Positions 1 to 8,539 of a stretch of 64,000 nucleotides of DNA are shown here, one piece after another; position 1 is the stretch's first letter, and each line of letters begins with the position of its first letter. Source of the DNA: Spirillospora sp. NPDC127506. GTDB lineage: Bacteria; Actinomycetota; Actinomycetes; Streptosporangiales; Streptosporangiaceae. The notes beneath the pieces were generated by a model. The model had not been told where the DNA came from, searched no databases, and saw nothing but the letters and a program-made list of their open reading frames with translations. The stretch lies in assembly GCA_040302145.1 (NCBI GenBank), contig JBEORG010000021.1, one strand, 5' to 3'. Both the position numbers and the translations under genes were made by a program.

Positions 1-310
1 GGACGCCGTCGTCGCGGACGAGCCACTCCTGCACGACCGAGCCGTCCGGCGCCATCATGATCTCGAAGCGGAGGCCGGGCCACAGCGGCAGCGGCGGCCA
101 CCACGCGGTCTCGCACGCGACGTCGCCGATCCGCCGGCCGGCGGCGCCGGCGGGCGGGCCGAGGACGGCCTCGTAGCGGCGGCGGCCGCGCGGGAACGTC
201 CGGGACCGCAGGATGCGCTGCCAGCGCGCGTTGACCTCCCGCATCTCGGTGCGGGACGCGCCGAGCGCGCGCATCGCGTCCTCGACGAGGCCGGGCTGGT
301 AGTCGGCCAT
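1..310 (-). CDS. Hypothetical protein, 3' part of the gene lies outside the window (N-terminal ~103 aa seen: MADYQPGLVEDAMRALGASRTEMREVNARWQRILRSRTFPRG...)
   Basis: Reverse-strand ATG at ~310-308 followed by an open frame to the window edge. Third-codon positions are strongly G/C (gcc gac tac cag ccc ggc ctc gtc gag gac...), typical of real coding in this genome. It is not in the ORF track because it is truncated. Confidence 0.45.
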   Translation of the reverse strand, partial: MADYQPGLVEDAMRALGASRTEMREVNARWQRILRSRTFPRGRRRYEAVLGPPAGAAGRRIGDVACETAWWPPLPLWPGLRFEIMMAPDGSVVQEWLVRDDGV

Positions 311-469
311 GCGGCGGAGCAGCACGAGCTGGAACTCGCGCCGCGCGAACCCCTTCACCCCGGCCACGCTACCCGGCGCGCCCCGAGCCGGGCCGGGCTG
401 TGCAGGAACGGGCCGTGCGCGGCCACCGCCCGCCGTCCTCCTCGGCGGCGAACCGGGCCGGCGGCCCGG

Positions 470-1723
470 TCAGGACTTGCCGGCGCCGATCGTGGCGGCG
501 ATCTTCGGCCAGCTCGCGGCCAGCTCCCGCTTCCAGTACTTCCAGTTGTGCATGCCGGGCCCGTACAGGTGCGCGGTGACCGGGATGCCGGCCTGCTTCG
601 CGGCGGCGACGAAGTTCTCGTTCATCGTCCCGGCGAGCTGCTCGCCGATCCGCCCCGCGTCCAGCGGCGGGGTGTCGGGGTTGTCGAAGGGGCCGGGCTC
701 GCCGTTGCCGGACGAGACGTAGACGCCGATGCCCTTCAGCTTGGCGACGTTGACGGTGGCGTCGTGCGCCCGCCAGTTCGCCCGCGCGGTGATCGGGTCG
801 CCCCAGATGGCCGTGCCCGCCTGCCGGTTCATGGACGTCAGGATGACGGGCATGCCCGGCGCGGTGATGTTCAGGGCGCCGCTGTAGGACGCGGCGTACT
901 TGAACGTGGTGGGGTGCCGTTCGGCGTAGGTGATGGCGCCCTGCCCGCCGGACGACAGGCCGATCGCGGCGCGCACCGACCCGGCGTGGAAGTTGCGCTC
1001 CATCAGCGGGATGACCTCGTCGATGTGGAAGGTCTCCCACTTGGGGATGCCGCCCTTGCCGCCGTTCCACCAGTTGGTGTACGAGCCGTTCCAGCCGCCC
1101 TCGGGCATCACGACCATCGCGTTGTACGGGCCGATGACCTGCTCGATGTCGGAGTCCTTCGTCCAGGACGTGTAGTTGTTGTTGCCGCCGTGGTAGGCGT
1201 ACACGACCGGCCACGTCTTGGTGGTCTTGGACTTCCAGCCCTTGGGGATCATCACCCGGGTCTTCACGGCCGCGCCGAGCGCGGGCGAGGCGATCGTCAC
1301 GTCGAAGATGCGCGAGTTGACCTTCTTCACGCCGGTGATCGCGGCGCCGTCCGGGGCCTTGGCGTACTTGCTGGACGTCGTGCCCGGCGGCATGTGCGGC
1401 TTCTTGCCGTGGCTGCCGCTGTCGGTGTCGGGGTTGCCGGGGCTCGGCGAACCGCCGCCCGTCTTGAACGGGTTGGTCCCGAGCGGGACGCTCGGCAGCT
1501 TCGCCGGCTTGGGCGACCCGCTGGGGGACGCGGAGCCCGCGGGCGCCGACGGCTGCGTCGCCGGTCCGAACGAGGGGATCGCCTGGGAGTTGCCGGACGC
1601 CTCCGACTTGCCGGTCGGCACGCCGATGCCGGCCTGGGCGAGGCCGACCATGACGGTGGGCAGCACCACGGCCGCCGCCGCGGTGCCCGCAATGGCGATC
1701 TTCCTGTCGGTACGCTTCTTCAT
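470..1723 (-). CDS. Secreted esterase-family protein (antigen-85/ tributyrin-esterase-like alpha/beta hydrolase) with N-terminal signal peptide and Pro/Ser/Gly-rich linker
   Basis: 417-aa ORF. N-terminus MKKRTDRKIAIAGTAAAAVVLPTVMVGLAQA is signal-like. It has TWPVVYAYHGG, KGGIPKWETFHIDEV and a GLSSGG nucleophile-elbow-like motif. It is a paralogue of the ORF at 8540-9532. Confidence 0.8.
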   Translation of the reverse strand: MKKRTDRKIAIAGTAAAAVVLPTVMVGLAQAGIGVPTGKSEASGNSQAIPSFGPATQPSAPAGSASPSGSPKPAKLPSVPLGTNPFKTGGGSPSPGNPDTDSGSHGKKPHMPPGTTSSKYAKAPDGAAITGVKKVNSRIFDVTIASPALGAAVKTRVMIPKGWKSKTTKTWPVVYAYHGGNNNYTSWTKDSDIEQVIGPYNAMVVMPEGGWNGSYTNWWNGGKGGIPKWETFHIDEVIPLMERNFHAGSVRAAIGLSSGGQGAITYAERHPTTFKYAASYSGALNITAPGMPVILTSMNRQAGTAIWGDPITARANWRAHDATVNVAKLKGIGVYVSSGNGEPGPFDNPDTPPLDAGRIGEQLAGTMNENFVAAAKQAGIPVTAHLYGPGMHNWKYWKRELAASWPKIAATIGAGKS

Positions 1724-1845
1724 GGACTCCCCAGCCGCCCGGGCCGCCCCCGGCCCGACGCTCTGCTCGTCCGGTAGAAACTACTGTCCCGGGCGTCACA
1801 GCCGCAAGTATTGGCAACGAATGCAATAAAGGTGAGACAAGGCGT

Positions 1846-1863
1846 CCGCGACCGGCGTCGCGG
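1846..1863 (-). terminator. Short GC hairpin (ccgcgac-cggc-gtcgcgg) just downstream of the BBE-like oxidase stop
   Basis: Perfect 7-bp inverted repeat with a 4-nt loop. It lies between the stop of the 1870-3405 gene and the start of the esterase gene. There is no U-tract, which is common in high-GC actinobacteria. Confidence 0.35.
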
Positions 1864-1869
1864 CCCTGC

Positions 1870-3405
1870 TCAGGGGCGGATCGACTGGGCGTGCCGGAAC
1901 ACGTTGCACGGGTCCCAGCGGCGCTTGACCTCCTGGAGTTTCGCGTAGGCGTCCTTGTAGTAGAGCGTCTCCCACGACTGACCCGACTCGTTCCAGCGGC
2001 GATCACCGAGATCGGCGTCCGGATAGCCGATGTAGCAGCCGTCCGTGGTCTCGCCGCCCGCGACGGGCACACCGCCGGTCGCCGCGAACGTCGCCTTGTA
2101 GGCGTCGCGTATCCAGGCGATGTGCGCGTCCTCCCCGCCGTCCTGCTCCGCCCAGTAGACCTGGTACTGCACTTTCAGAATGGAGTCGCGCTGCCTCGCC
2201 GCGGTCGGGTGCGGCGGCCTGTTGACGGCGCCGCCGTACGAGTCGACCTGAATGAGGGCCTGCCGATTGGCGTAGTCGGTGTACCGCTCATTTCCGAGAT
2301 AAGCCCACATCGCATCGATCTGCTCGACCGTGAACGGCTTCCGCAGATAGGCGGACTTGTACTTGCCGCAGCGGTTCCCGCCGCCGGAGCCGAGCGCCCG
2401 CGCCGCCGTCAGCCACGGCATCGCCCGCGGAACATCGAGGTGGACGAAGTGCTCCCCCATCACCGACCGCATCTTCGTCGCGGCGGGCCCGATCCGCCCG
2501 TCGACGGCCGCGATGAACTCCGCCATCGCCCGCGGGCCGTCCGGGTCGTCCGCGTCCACCTGCGCCAGGAGCCCGATCTGCCCGTTGCTCACGTGGTTGA
2601 GCTTCAGCATCGCGAACAGCTTCCCCGCCGCGGTCGACGGGTTCTGATGGTCGCGGAAGTACTCCCCGAACGCGGTCACCAGCGCGGCGAACTCGTCCTT
2701 GGTGAAGTCGCTCCAGTCCCACGCCAACGCCGCCAGGAGCACTTGTCCCGGCGGCTGCGGAAGCCCCCGGAACCAGAACCGGGTGACCAGCCCGAAGTTC
2801 CCTCCCCCGCCCCCGGAATGGGCCCACCACAGCCCGCACAGCTCAGAGTCCCGGTCGTCGCGCCGGGCCACCACCAGCCTGACGTTCCCGTCCTCGTCGG
2901 CCACCGCCACCTCGACCGCGTAGAGGTAGTCGACGGTCAGCCCGTGCTGCCGCGACAGCAGCCCGAACCCGCCCGCCGGGACGTGCCCGCCGAGCCCCAC
3001 CGAGAAGCACGCCCCGCCGGGCAGCGCCTTCCCGCTGACCGGATACAGCCGGCCGTACACATGCCAGTTCGTCGCCCCGGCCTCGACGCAGTACGCCTTC
3101 ATGGACTCGTCGTAGGACACCCCGCACATCGGGCTGACGTCCAGGATCACCCGCACGTCCTCACCGCACACGAAGTCCTCGTAGCAGTGCCCGCCGGACC
3201 GAACCGTGATCCGCGTCCGCGCGGGGTCCGCCGGCTCCTCGCCGACCGCCTCCGCGAGCGCCGCCCTGGCCTCTTCGGGCGTCCGCACGAGCCGCACGTA
3301 CTCCGGCGCGGCGACCCACCGCTGGTTGAACCCCCGGCTGAGCGCCGGATACCGCTTGTCCCCGCCCCTCACGACCGTGGCCGGCACCGCCGAAAGCCCA
3401 CTCAT
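1870..3405 (-). CDS. FAD-linked oxidase, berberine-bridge-enzyme (BBE)-like / FAD-binding PCMH-type oxidoreductase
   Basis: The long ORF 1870..3813 contains VRSGGHCYEDF, GGGGGNFG and a C-terminal BBE-like region (YLNF-type). The likely start is the ATG (MSGLSAVPATVV...) at 3405. The upstream part of the ORF is Arg-rich and non-protein-like. Confidence 0.8.
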   Translation of the reverse strand: MSGLSAVPATVVRGGDKRYPALSRGFNQRWVAAPEYVRLVRTPEEARAALAEAVGEEPADPARTRITVRSGGHCYEDFVCGEDVRVILDVSPMCGVSYDESMKAYCVEAGATNWHVYGRLYPVSGKALPGGACFSVGLGGHVPAGGFGLLSRQHGLTVDYLYAVEVAVADEDGNVRLVVARRDDRDSELCGLWWAHSGGGGGNFGLVTRFWFRGLPQPPGQVLLAALAWDWSDFTKDEFAALVTAFGEYFRDHQNPSTAAGKLFAMLKLNHVSNGQIGLLAQVDADDPDGPRAMAEFIAAVDGRIGPAATKMRSVMGEHFVHLDVPRAMPWLTAARALGSGGGNRCGKYKSAYLRKPFTVEQIDAMWAYLGNERYTDYANRQALIQVDSYGGAVNRPPHPTAARQRDSILKVQYQVYWAEQDGGEDAHIAWIRDAYKATFAATGGVPVAGGETTDGCYIGYPDADLGDRRWNESGQSWETLYYKDAYAKLQEVKRRWDPCNVFRHAQSIRP

Positions 3406-3596
3406 GCCCCACGCCCCCGCGCACCTGGAAGAAAGGCCCCGGAAGAGCCTTCCCCGCCGCGCACCCGCGTAGTCGATCAGCAACACACAGTTAACGCCCC
3501 GGAAAGGGTCGCCCCCGGCGGCGGGGCCGCCGGGGGCTCGGGTGAGGGACGGCCGGTGACGTCGGGCCGGCCGGTTCTCGGGGGTCGGTTGCGGGG

Positions 3597-4118
3597 CTAC
3601 GCCGCGGTGAAGTCGTAGGTGGCGGTCACCGTGGCGGAGCCGGGGCAGAGCCAGCCGCTGGTCTTGGCGACCGTCTGCTCGGTGAAGGTGGCGCTGACCG
3701 GAAGGTCGGTCCCGGTGAAGCTGCCGGTGATGTCGCCACCGTAGGTGCAGCCGATGGCGCTCATCGAGAACCCGTCGATGGAGGCGGTGCCGTTGTCGAG
3801 CTTGCCGCTCCACGGCAGGTTCTTGGGCGTGACCGTGACGCCGCAGCCGCCGACGGAGGCGGAGGTGATGGTGAGGTTGCCGGCGGCGTCGACGGTGCCG
3901 GACAGGGTGGAGCTCGTGCAGGAGGCGGGGATCCCCGCGTCGATGACCATGGTGCCGTTGAGGTCGGCGGTGAAGGGACCGGCGGTCCAGGCCAGGGCGG
4001 GGGTGGCCGTCAGGGCGACGGCGAGGGCGGCCGCGGCCGAGGCGGAGGCGATCGCGGCCGGCTTGCTGATGCGGGACAAGGGAGTCCTCATTTCGGACGG
4101 CGGGCGTCGCGCCTGCAC
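3597..4118 (-). CDS. Small secreted hypothetical protein (signal peptide, Thr/Ser/Gly-rich, 4 Cys)
   Basis: ORF with a signal-like segment (AAIASASAAAALAVALTATPALA) and codon bias consistent with coding. The start is uncertain: GTG at 4118 or the internal ATG at ~4091. Confidence 0.55.
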   Translation of the reverse strand: MQARRPPSEMRTPLSRISKPAAIASASAAAALAVALTATPALAWTAGPFTADLNGTMVIDAGIPASCTSSTLSGTVDAAGNLTITSASVGGCGVTVTPKNLPWSGKLDNGTASIDGFSMSAIGCTYGGDITGSFTGTDLPVSATFTEQTVAKTSGWLCPGSATVTATYDFTAA

Positions 4119-4578
4119 CCGGGGGACGGGGTGGGTGGTGGTCCCGAGCCGCGCGCGCCGCGCCCTTGGCCGGAGGGCGGCGGGACGCCGGGAATCGGGG
4201 ACCGGGAGCCGGAGCCGTCTCGCATCATCGCCCAGGGACTCGGCGGCTCCAAGTAGAACGCGTTCTATGAAAGACGGTAGGGAAAACTTCTTGTACGGTC
4301 AATGATCCAGAGGACATCTTCTGTGGATATGTTTCCCGGTCGGGCCGCAAATCCCGGTTTCGACCGTCCTTTAGCTGGTGCATCACATGTGTGCAGGCTG
4401 CATCATTTGCCGGGCGACGATCACCGCCCATGCGTCGCCAACAGCGGAGATGACAGCCCCACCGGAGATGAGAACGCGTTATATATTGTGCTCGCCGAGC
4501 CAATCCCCGCGCCGGGGAATGGCCGCGATTCGGACGACGGGTCGCCCTGTCTTTCGGATGAGCGAAACGGGTTCCCGG

Positions 4579-5547
4579 TCAGCCGAAGCGTTCGCGGAGG
4601 GCGGGCAGGAGGTCCGCCTCCGCCCAGGTGCGGAAGTCCTTCTGGCGGTCCGCGCCCGACTGGCAGAACGAGATGTGCGTGAAGCCCGCGTCCGCCCACT
4701 GCTGGACCGCCCGGACGTAGTCGCCGACGTCGTCGCCGCACGGGACGGACTCGACGACGTCCTCGGGACGGACGGTCTTCGTCGCCGCCTCGAAGTTCAC
4801 CGGCCCCGGGAGCTCCGCCATGACCTTCCAGGAGGGCGCCGAGAACCTCCAGACGCGGTGGGCGCGCCGCTCGCACTCCTCGTAGTCGTCGCCGAACGCG
4901 ACGGGGATCATCCCGTAGGCGGGCCTGCCCTCGCCTCCCTCGCGGCGGAACAGCTCGGCGACCTCGGCGACGGGCTGGTCGGAGACCAGGATGTCGGCGT
5001 GCCGCGCGGCCAGCCGCCCGGCCCGGGGGCCGAACGCGGCCATCCCGATCGGGACCGGGCGGTCGGGCACGTCGTAGAGCTTCGCCGAGTCCACCCGGTA
5101 GTGCCTGCCCCGGTAGTTGACGTAGTCGCCGCCGAACAGCGCCCGGATGATCTCCACGGCCTCCTCGAACATCTCGTGCCGGACGTCGGCCGGGGGCCAG
5201 TCCCGCCCGACGACGTGCTCGTTGAGGTTCTCGCCCGCGCCGAGCCCGAGGATGAACCGGCCGTCCGACAGGACGCCCATCGTCGCGGCCTTCTGCGCCA
5301 CCACGGCGGGGTGGTAGCGCATGGTCGGGCAGGTCACCAGCGTCATCAGCGGGACGCGCTGCGTGGCGTGGGCGAGCCCGCCCAGCACCGACCACGCGTA
5401 GGCCGAGTGACCCTGGTCCTCCAGCCACGGGAAGTAGTGGTCGGAGACGGTGACGTAGTCGAAGCCGGCCTCCTCGGCCTCCACGCCGTCGGTGATGAGC
5501 TGCTTGGGCGGTGTCTGCTCGCAGAGCAGCGAGTATCCGAATTCCAT
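4579..5547 (-). CDS. LLM-class F420-dependent oxidoreductase (luciferase-like monooxygenase family, G6PDH-like subgroup)
   Basis: 322 aa, MEFGYSLLCEQ...DHYFPWLEDQGHSAYAWSVLGGLA...ILGLGAGE. This is a typical LLM / F420-dependent architecture. Confidence 0.8.
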   Translation of the reverse strand: MEFGYSLLCEQTPPKQLITDGVEAEEAGFDYVTVSDHYFPWLEDQGHSAYAWSVLGGLAHATQRVPLMTLVTCPTMRYHPAVVAQKAATMGVLSDGRFILGLGAGENLNEHVVGRDWPPADVRHEMFEEAVEIIRALFGGDYVNYRGRHYRVDSAKLYDVPDRPVPIGMAAFGPRAGRLAARHADILVSDQPVAEVAELFRREGGEGRPAYGMIPVAFGDDYEECERRAHRVWRFSAPSWKVMAELPGPVNFEAATKTVRPEDVVESVPCGDDVGDYVRAVQQWADAGFTHISFCQSGADRQKDFRTWAEADLLPALRERFG

Positions 5548-5581
5548 GCGGCTCGCATACCCGCCGGGCGGGCCTGAACCG

Positions 5582-6118
5582 TCACTGCCCGAGGAGGTCC
5601 ATGAGGTCGTCGGCGTGCTCCTCCTCCTCGGCGAGGATCTCCTCCATGATGCGGCGCGTGGTGACGTCGCCGTCGCCGAGCCACCGGATGATCTCCTGGT
5701 AGGACTCGATGACGATCCGCTCGGCGACGAGGTTCTCCTGGAGCATGCCCTTCAGGTCGTTGTCGTCGAAGGTCGCGTAGGCGGTGTGGGAGCGCTCGGC
5801 GAGCGTCTCCGGGTCGAAGTCGGGGTCGCCGCCGAGCTGGCTGATGCGCTCGGCGGCGCGCATCGCGTGGTCGCGCTCCTCGTCCGCGTGCTCGCCGAAC
5901 TCCGCGGCGACCTGCGCCCGGTCGATGCCGGTGGCGCTGATCGCGTGCTGCGCGTAGCGCATCCAGCAGACGATCTCGGTGGCGAGGACGTCGTTGAGGA
6001 CGCCGATGACCTCCTCGGGACTCCTGCCGTAGTTCTCGGTCACCGGGCCGTCGGCCATCTTCGCGCGGGCGCGCTCCCGGATCGCCGCGACGTCGATGCT
6101 GAAGCTGCTGCCGTCCAT
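5582..6118 (-). CDS. Ferritin-like (bacterioferritin/Dps-rubrerythrin superfamily) protein
   Basis: 178 aa with a ferritin-like di-iron motif pattern (E...EERDH...ENLVAERIVIESYQE...EEEEHADDL). Confidence 0.65.
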   Translation of the reverse strand: MDGSSFSIDVAAIRERARAKMADGPVTENYGRSPEEVIGVLNDVLATEIVCWMRYAQHAISATGIDRAQVAAEFGEHADEERDHAMRAAERISQLGGDPDFDPETLAERSHTAYATFDDNDLKGMLQENLVAERIVIESYQEIIRWLGDGDVTTRRIMEEILAEEEEHADDLMDLLGQ

Positions 6119-6346
6119 GCCGCCTCCTCCTGATCATGCGCCTGGACGTAAGGCGTCCTACCTCGGATCGGCGGGCGCATGCGCCGGCCCGCGAAACGGC
6201 GTGAGACGACGTCTGCCGACCCCATACTTGGCCACGGTCCGTAACACGTGCTATACGTAGAGCTACCTCGCTACGACCTGTGGCGAGGAAGGGACATCCG
6301 GTATCCACCTTGAGATCCGGGCGTGACAAGGAAGAAAAGGAACCAC

Positions 6347-6643
6347 ATGAAGTCCTTCAGCTACACCGAGCTGGACCTGCTGGCCGGCGAGGTCCTGCCG
6401 GAGCGCGCCGTGCTGTCCACCCTCCTCGTTGGGGGCGGCGACGACACCGACAACCACAACTTCAACCTCAACGCCGGCCACGGCGGTGGCGACGACGACA
6501 GCACCGTCCTCTCCCAGCAGTCCTGCTCGGTCGTGAACAACCAGCAGAACGCCGGGCTCCTGTCGGCCCTGGGCGTCGCGTCCCAGAACCCGACCAGCAC
6601 CCACAGCTGCCTGCCGGGCACGGCGATCGCCAACAACGGCTGA
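6347..6643 (+). CDS. Small leader-bearing peptide A (98 aa), putative RiPP-precursor-like / secreted signalling peptide
   Basis: ATG preceded by a good RBS (aaaaggaaccacATG). N-terminal motif MKSFSYTELDLLAGEVLPERAVLS is paralogous to the next ORF. It has a Gly/Asp/Asn/Gln/Ser/Thr-rich body with 2 Cys (SQQSCSV...THSCLPGT). Confidence 0.6.
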   Translation: MKSFSYTELDLLAGEVLPERAVLSTLLVGGGDDTDNHNFNLNAGHGGGDDDSTVLSQQSCSVVNNQQNAGLLSALGVASQNPTSTHSCLPGTAIANNG

Positions 6644-6678
6644 GTCGCCTCGACGTAACGGCGGGCTCCGGCCCGCAA

Positions 6679-6712
6679 GGGAAGGGCTGGCGATCTCCTG
6701 CCAGCCCTTCCC
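6679..6712 (+). terminator. Strong GC hairpin (12-bp perfect stem gggaagggctgg / ccagcccttccc, 10-nt loop) between the two peptide genes; candidate intrinsic terminator/attenuator
   Basis: The inverted repeat is seen directly in the sequence, preceded by a second small hairpin gcgggc-tccg-gcccgc. It lies immediately 3' of peptide A. Confidence 0.5.
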
Positions 6713-6742
6713 CCTTCTTCCCGTCCACGCGAAAGCTGTCAC

Positions 6743-6988
6743 ATGAGCCACGAAAACCCTCAGAAACTCAGCTACGCCGACCTCGACCGGCTCGACGCGG
6801 AGGTCCTGCCGCCGCGGCTCGCCATGTCGGCGCCGCGCGGCGACGGCCACGGCTCCACGGTCGTCATGTACGCGTGCCAGGCCACCTACTCGCCGGGCAC
6901 CACCGGCCTGCTCGGGACGGGCCTGCTGGCGCAGCCGCCGCACTCCACGCTGACCTGCGTCCCGGCGACCGTGGTCGACCACCACTGA
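6743..6988 (+). CDS. Small leader-bearing peptide B (81 aa), paralogue of peptide A
   Basis: MSHENPQKLSYADLDRLDAEVLPPRLAMS shares the motif S-[YF]-x-x-L-D-x-L-x-x-E-V-L-P-x-R with peptide A. C-terminal HSTLTCVPAT resembles THSCLPGT of A. Its TGA stop overlaps the ATG of the downstream gene (ATGA). Confidence 0.6.
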   Translation: MSHENPQKLSYADLDRLDAEVLPPRLAMSAPRGDGHGSTVVMYACQATYSPGTTGLLGTGLLAQPPHSTLTCVPATVVDHH

Positions 6989-8331
6989 TGAGCACTCCAG
7001 CGATGCCGGACCTGGACGGCGGGGAGCCCCGGGCCCTCGTCCTGCCCGCGCTCACCGAGGGCGCCGAACTCGTCGGCGAGTTCAAGAACTCCGGCTACCG
7101 GGAACCGCCCCAGCTCGTCTGCCTGCCGAACCGGCAGCTCGTCCGGCTGCCGCCGCTGCTGTTCGGCGTCGCCAAGGCGCTGCACGAGCACCGCGACCTC
7201 GCGGGCGGCGACGTCCAGGAGGCGCTCGACCGGGTGGCGGACGCGGTGAGCGAGGAGGCCGGCGCCCGGCTGACCGCCGAGCAGGTCGTCTACCTCGTCG
7301 ACCGCAAGCTCGCCCCCCTCGGCGTCACCACCTACAGCGACGGCACGCCGGCGCCGCTGGTGAAGTCCGACCCGTGGCTGGCGCTGAAGTTCAAGGTCGC
7401 GGTCTTCCCCGAGTCGTTCACCTGGTTCATCGGCGGGCTGTTCGCCCGGCTGTTCCAGCCCCTGGTGATGGCGGTCCTCATCGCCGCCTTCCTGGTGAGC
7501 GAGGGGTGGCTGCTCACCTCCCGGTCGATGTCGGACGCGCTGTCGCTGGCGATCCTGAACCCGGTCAGCATCCTGCTGGTCATGGGGCTCGGGGTCGCCT
7601 CGTGCGCGTTCCACGAGGTCGGGCACGCTTCCGCCTGCCGGTACGGCGGCGTCCGGCCGGGCACCATGGGCTGCGGGATCTACCTGGTGTGGCCGGCGTT
7701 CTACACCGACATCACCGAGTCGTACCGGCTCGGCCGCGGCGGCCGGCTGCGCGCCGACCTCGCCGGCGTGTACTTCAACGCGATCTTCGTGGTGGCGCTG
7801 ACGCTGGTGTACCTGCAGACGGGCTTCGAGCCGCTGCTCGTGGCCGTCCTGTACGTCAACATCGAGATGATCCAGCAGCTGCTGCCGACGCTGCGGTTCG
7901 ACGGGTACTACATCATGTCCGACCTGGTCGGCGTCCCCGACCTGTTCAAGTACATCGGGCCGATCCTCAAGCGGGCGCTGCTGCGGCGCCCGGCCGACGC
8001 GCGGCTGAACGACCTCAAGCGCTGGCCGCAGGTCTTCGTCACCCTGTGGGTGCTGACCGTCATCCCGATGCTGGTGTTCCAGATCGGCCTCATCACCACC
8101 CAGATCCCCGCCCTGGTCGCCAAGGACTGGTGGATGATGCGCCGGCTCGCGGCGGAGGCGTCGGCGGGCGCGAGCCCGCTGGAGCTGATCACGTCCGGGC
8201 TGCAGATCATGCTGCTCGTGCTGCCGCTGGCCGGGCTGGCGCTCATCTTCTACGGGATCGGCCGCCGCCTCGTGCGGTGGGCCGTCCGCTACGTCCAGGG
8301 GCCCGCGCCGCAGCCGGTGGCGGACGCCTGA
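6988..8331 (+). CDS. Membrane zinc metalloprotease, M50/site-2-protease-like (HExxH in TM helix), with ~150-aa cytoplasmic N-terminal domain
   Basis: 447 aa with multiple hydrophobic segments. HEVGHASACRYGG matches the M50 HExxH motif and there is a downstream Asp-containing TM segment. It is translationally coupled to peptide B. Confidence 0.7.
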   Translation: MSTPAMPDLDGGEPRALVLPALTEGAELVGEFKNSGYREPPQLVCLPNRQLVRLPPLLFGVAKALHEHRDLAGGDVQEALDRVADAVSEEAGARLTAEQVVYLVDRKLAPLGVTTYSDGTPAPLVKSDPWLALKFKVAVFPESFTWFIGGLFARLFQPLVMAVLIAAFLVSEGWLLTSRSMSDALSLAILNPVSILLVMGLGVASCAFHEVGHASACRYGGVRPGTMGCGIYLVWPAFYTDITESYRLGRGGRLRADLAGVYFNAIFVVALTLVYLQTGFEPLLVAVLYVNIEMIQQLLPTLRFDGYYIMSDLVGVPDLFKYIGPILKRALLRRPADARLNDLKRWPQVFVTLWVLTVIPMLVFQIGLITTQIPALVAKDWWMMRRLAAEASAGASPLELITSGLQIMLLVLPLAGLALIFYGIGRRLVRWAVRYVQGPAPQPVADA

Positions 8332-8539
8332 GCACGCCCGGACGGACGCCGGATGCCCGCCGGGGCATCCGGCGTCCGCACGTCCGGCCCATCCCGCGGC
8401 GGCACCGCGGAAATGCATTTTATACGCTTTTTGCTTTGCGCTTTCCCGGCACATCCGGCGGGAACCTACTCGGAGTAGGGAGAGAAATAGGCCGTATCAC
8501 GGCGCTCCCCTTTCTCCACGGCCGGCACCACCCCTGCCG

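Noticed and set aside
369-2072. 567-aa minus-strand ORF and 409-aa plus-strand ORF (548..1777) overlapping the esterase gene
   Set aside because: Translations are Arg/Gly/Ala/Pro-rich low complexity, typical of off-frame reading of GC-rich DNA. The esterase frame 470-1723 has clear family motifs and a signal peptide.
1891-3618. 575-aa plus-strand ORF antisense to the BBE-like oxidase
   Set aside because: No protein-like features (RRGRVRRPVDGAAV…). The opposite strand encodes a well-conserved FAD oxidase.
6280-8331. 683-aa ORF annotated as one reading frame
   Set aside because: Only the part from ATG 6988 is protein-like (M50 protease). The upstream 700 nt of the same frame read through the peptide genes in a wrong frame (PRWGRRRHRQPQ…).
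6886-8454. 522-aa minus ORF antisense to the M50 protease
   Set aside because: Arg/His/Gln/Asp low-complexity translation. The sense strand has TM helices and HExxH.
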